DNA of 64,000 nucleotides. Source: Heteronotia binoei (lineage: Eukaryota). A program made the position numbers and the translations under genes. The stretch is from the NCBI RefSeq assembly GCF_032191835.1, contig NC_083235.1, positions 61,814,001 through 61,878,000 on the forward strand. The letters are read 5' to 3'. Under the pieces are notes generated by a model. That model was not told where the DNA came from. It saw only the letters and a list, made by a program, of their open reading frames with translations, and ran no database searches. Position 1 is the first letter of the stretch, and every line of letters starts with the position of its first letter. Shown one piece after another: positions 62,256 to 64,000 of the stretch.

Positions 62256-62902
62256 GGAAGGCCCATCTAGCTGGAGACATGAAAGGAAGGAAATGGGCCT
62301 GAAAATTGGGACCCTGCCATGCTCAGGCACCATACACAAGCTCTTGTCAAAATGCAGCAATCTTAACAGTGCCCTTCTTAGTGCCATAGCCAATAGCTGT
62401 CCTTTCCTAGAATGACCCCTTCTTAGTGCCTGACAGTCATGTTGGCTAATCATGAGCCAGCCCTTTAGTATTGTTTGGTGCTTAATGGTATAAGCCAGCC
62501 AGCCAACTGTAGAATTTCCTCATCCAGCACCCAGCGTCAGTCCTCAAATACCTTTCTTCCATGCCCACCAATCCATTGATGACTCTGTCTACTGCCCGCC
62601 AGTGCTACAATGCTGCCTTTAGTGCTATACCCTTGCTGATCCCTCAGTATTCTTATTTAATGCCCAACAATTTCACAGTGCTTGTTTAGCGCCCAGCATT
62701 CTCTCAACTGCATCTGCTTCACTTCCAACCAACATGCTTGTCAGCTGTGCCCTGCAGTGCCGTAGTACTCCTTTCCAGTGTCGTGGAAAGTAAACCACTA
62801 TTCGCACAATGTCATCTTCTTTTGTGACCCTATTCTGATTTGTTCCCATCCTGCTATTGCACCAGTAGCTTTCTTCCCAGTCATCCCATCACGGTGGGCC
62901 TG

Positions 62903-62908
62903 AATAAA
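62903..62908 (+). terminator. Candidate SLC25A10 polyadenylation signal
   Basis: AATAAA about 650 nt after the stop codon. Confidence 0.5.
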
Positions 62909-64000
62909 TTATAAAATAATACGTAGAGTCTTAAGATGGTCATATCTGTGGCCCTTTTAAATGTTTACAGCAGTGAACAGCTAGCTCCTCGTGAAAGATT
63001 TTTTGCTGGCTGCTAGGACCTCATAATAGCAACATGCAAAACTGAGCAAAGGACTCTCCCCCCCCTCTTCTTGCCCTTCAGGATCCTAGTTTAAGTGTTT
63101 TTTGAAAGACATCATTTCTCTCACTGCTTCCGACTTGCTCCCTTGTTCCTACCTCAGTCTTCCTTTACCTTCAGGGCTACAGTCTAAGGAGCAGGTGGCT
63201 CCTTGTACTTATCACCCGTGTCTGGAAGAAATCTGCAAGCCACACACACAGACCAGCCCCCAAAGAAGCTTAGCATCCCTTGCCTTTATTTTGTCTCTCG
63301 CTTCAGCATTCAAGCCCTCCTCAGCCAAAGCCTCCTGAAACCAAAGGGCCCTGTTGGCATCTCGAACCAATGACAGAGGGGAGCAGGTTTGTGAAGTACT
63401 GGTGAAAATAAAGTGTAATTTTAGCTGGCCTGCAGGGAGTGGGGACAACCTCTCACCTTGTTCCTGTATGCTAAGTAGATAACTGGCCTGCTCCAAGCTG
63501 AGGGAAGGAGTGGGGAAAGGGGAGAGTATAGTGGCCAAAGTCTCATGGGACAGTGTTTGTCCAAATACCTACAGTTTTTCATTATCATACTTGGCCTCTC
63601 CTTGGGACAATGTCGTCTGTATTGTGGTCTAGAGGATGGGCCTTAACTGCAAGGTGGGAGCTCTCTATTTACTATAGTTACTTTAGGACAAGTATCAGAG
63701 TAAAACCCCTAATTACCTCCAGGCCTCTTCCTTTCCATGCTGCCTGTCCCAGCTCTGCTGTATCAGAGCCTTTTCTGGTAGCGCAGAAGGAAGCCTTTTC
63801 CGATAGCACTGAAGGAAGCCTAGAAGGCTATGGAGTTTCTCCAGGTTGCCTTTGTTGTAGCATTGATTTTTTTAAAAAATGGCTCTGGTTCTGACCCACC
63901 CCAGGCGTTGTTTAATTAAATACGTTTTGTCTGTTTTGTTGTATTCCTTCTCACTACTGGTTCTTAAAACCCATTTATCCACCCACCAGCAAGTGGATGG

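Overview
Vertebrate genomic DNA, squamate and most likely gecko judging by its SINE and MITE families. The window is syntenic with human 17q25.3. It holds the first three coding exons of ARL16 (minus strand, running off the left edge), complete HGS (+, 21 coding exons, 764 aa), MRPL12 (+, 5 exons, 189 aa) and SLC25A10 (+, 11 exons, 286 aa). Between HGS and MRPL12, where I recall no gene in mammals, there is an intact 6-exon METTL26-like SAM-methyltransferase gene (minus strand, 206 aa) lying tail-to-tail with HGS. Splice sites were read by hand. ARL16 intron 1 is a U12 AT-AC minor intron and one HGS intron uses a GC donor. Introns and intergenic DNA are dense with repeats: hAT MITEs with 8-bp TSDs, L2/CR1/L1/Vingi-like LINE pieces (one L2 with an uninterrupted RT frame), tRNA- and 5S-derived SINEs, and Penelope-type remnants carrying decayed hammerhead-ribozyme cores. 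There is one N gap. Gene and repeat-family names come from recalled sequence similarity, not database searches.
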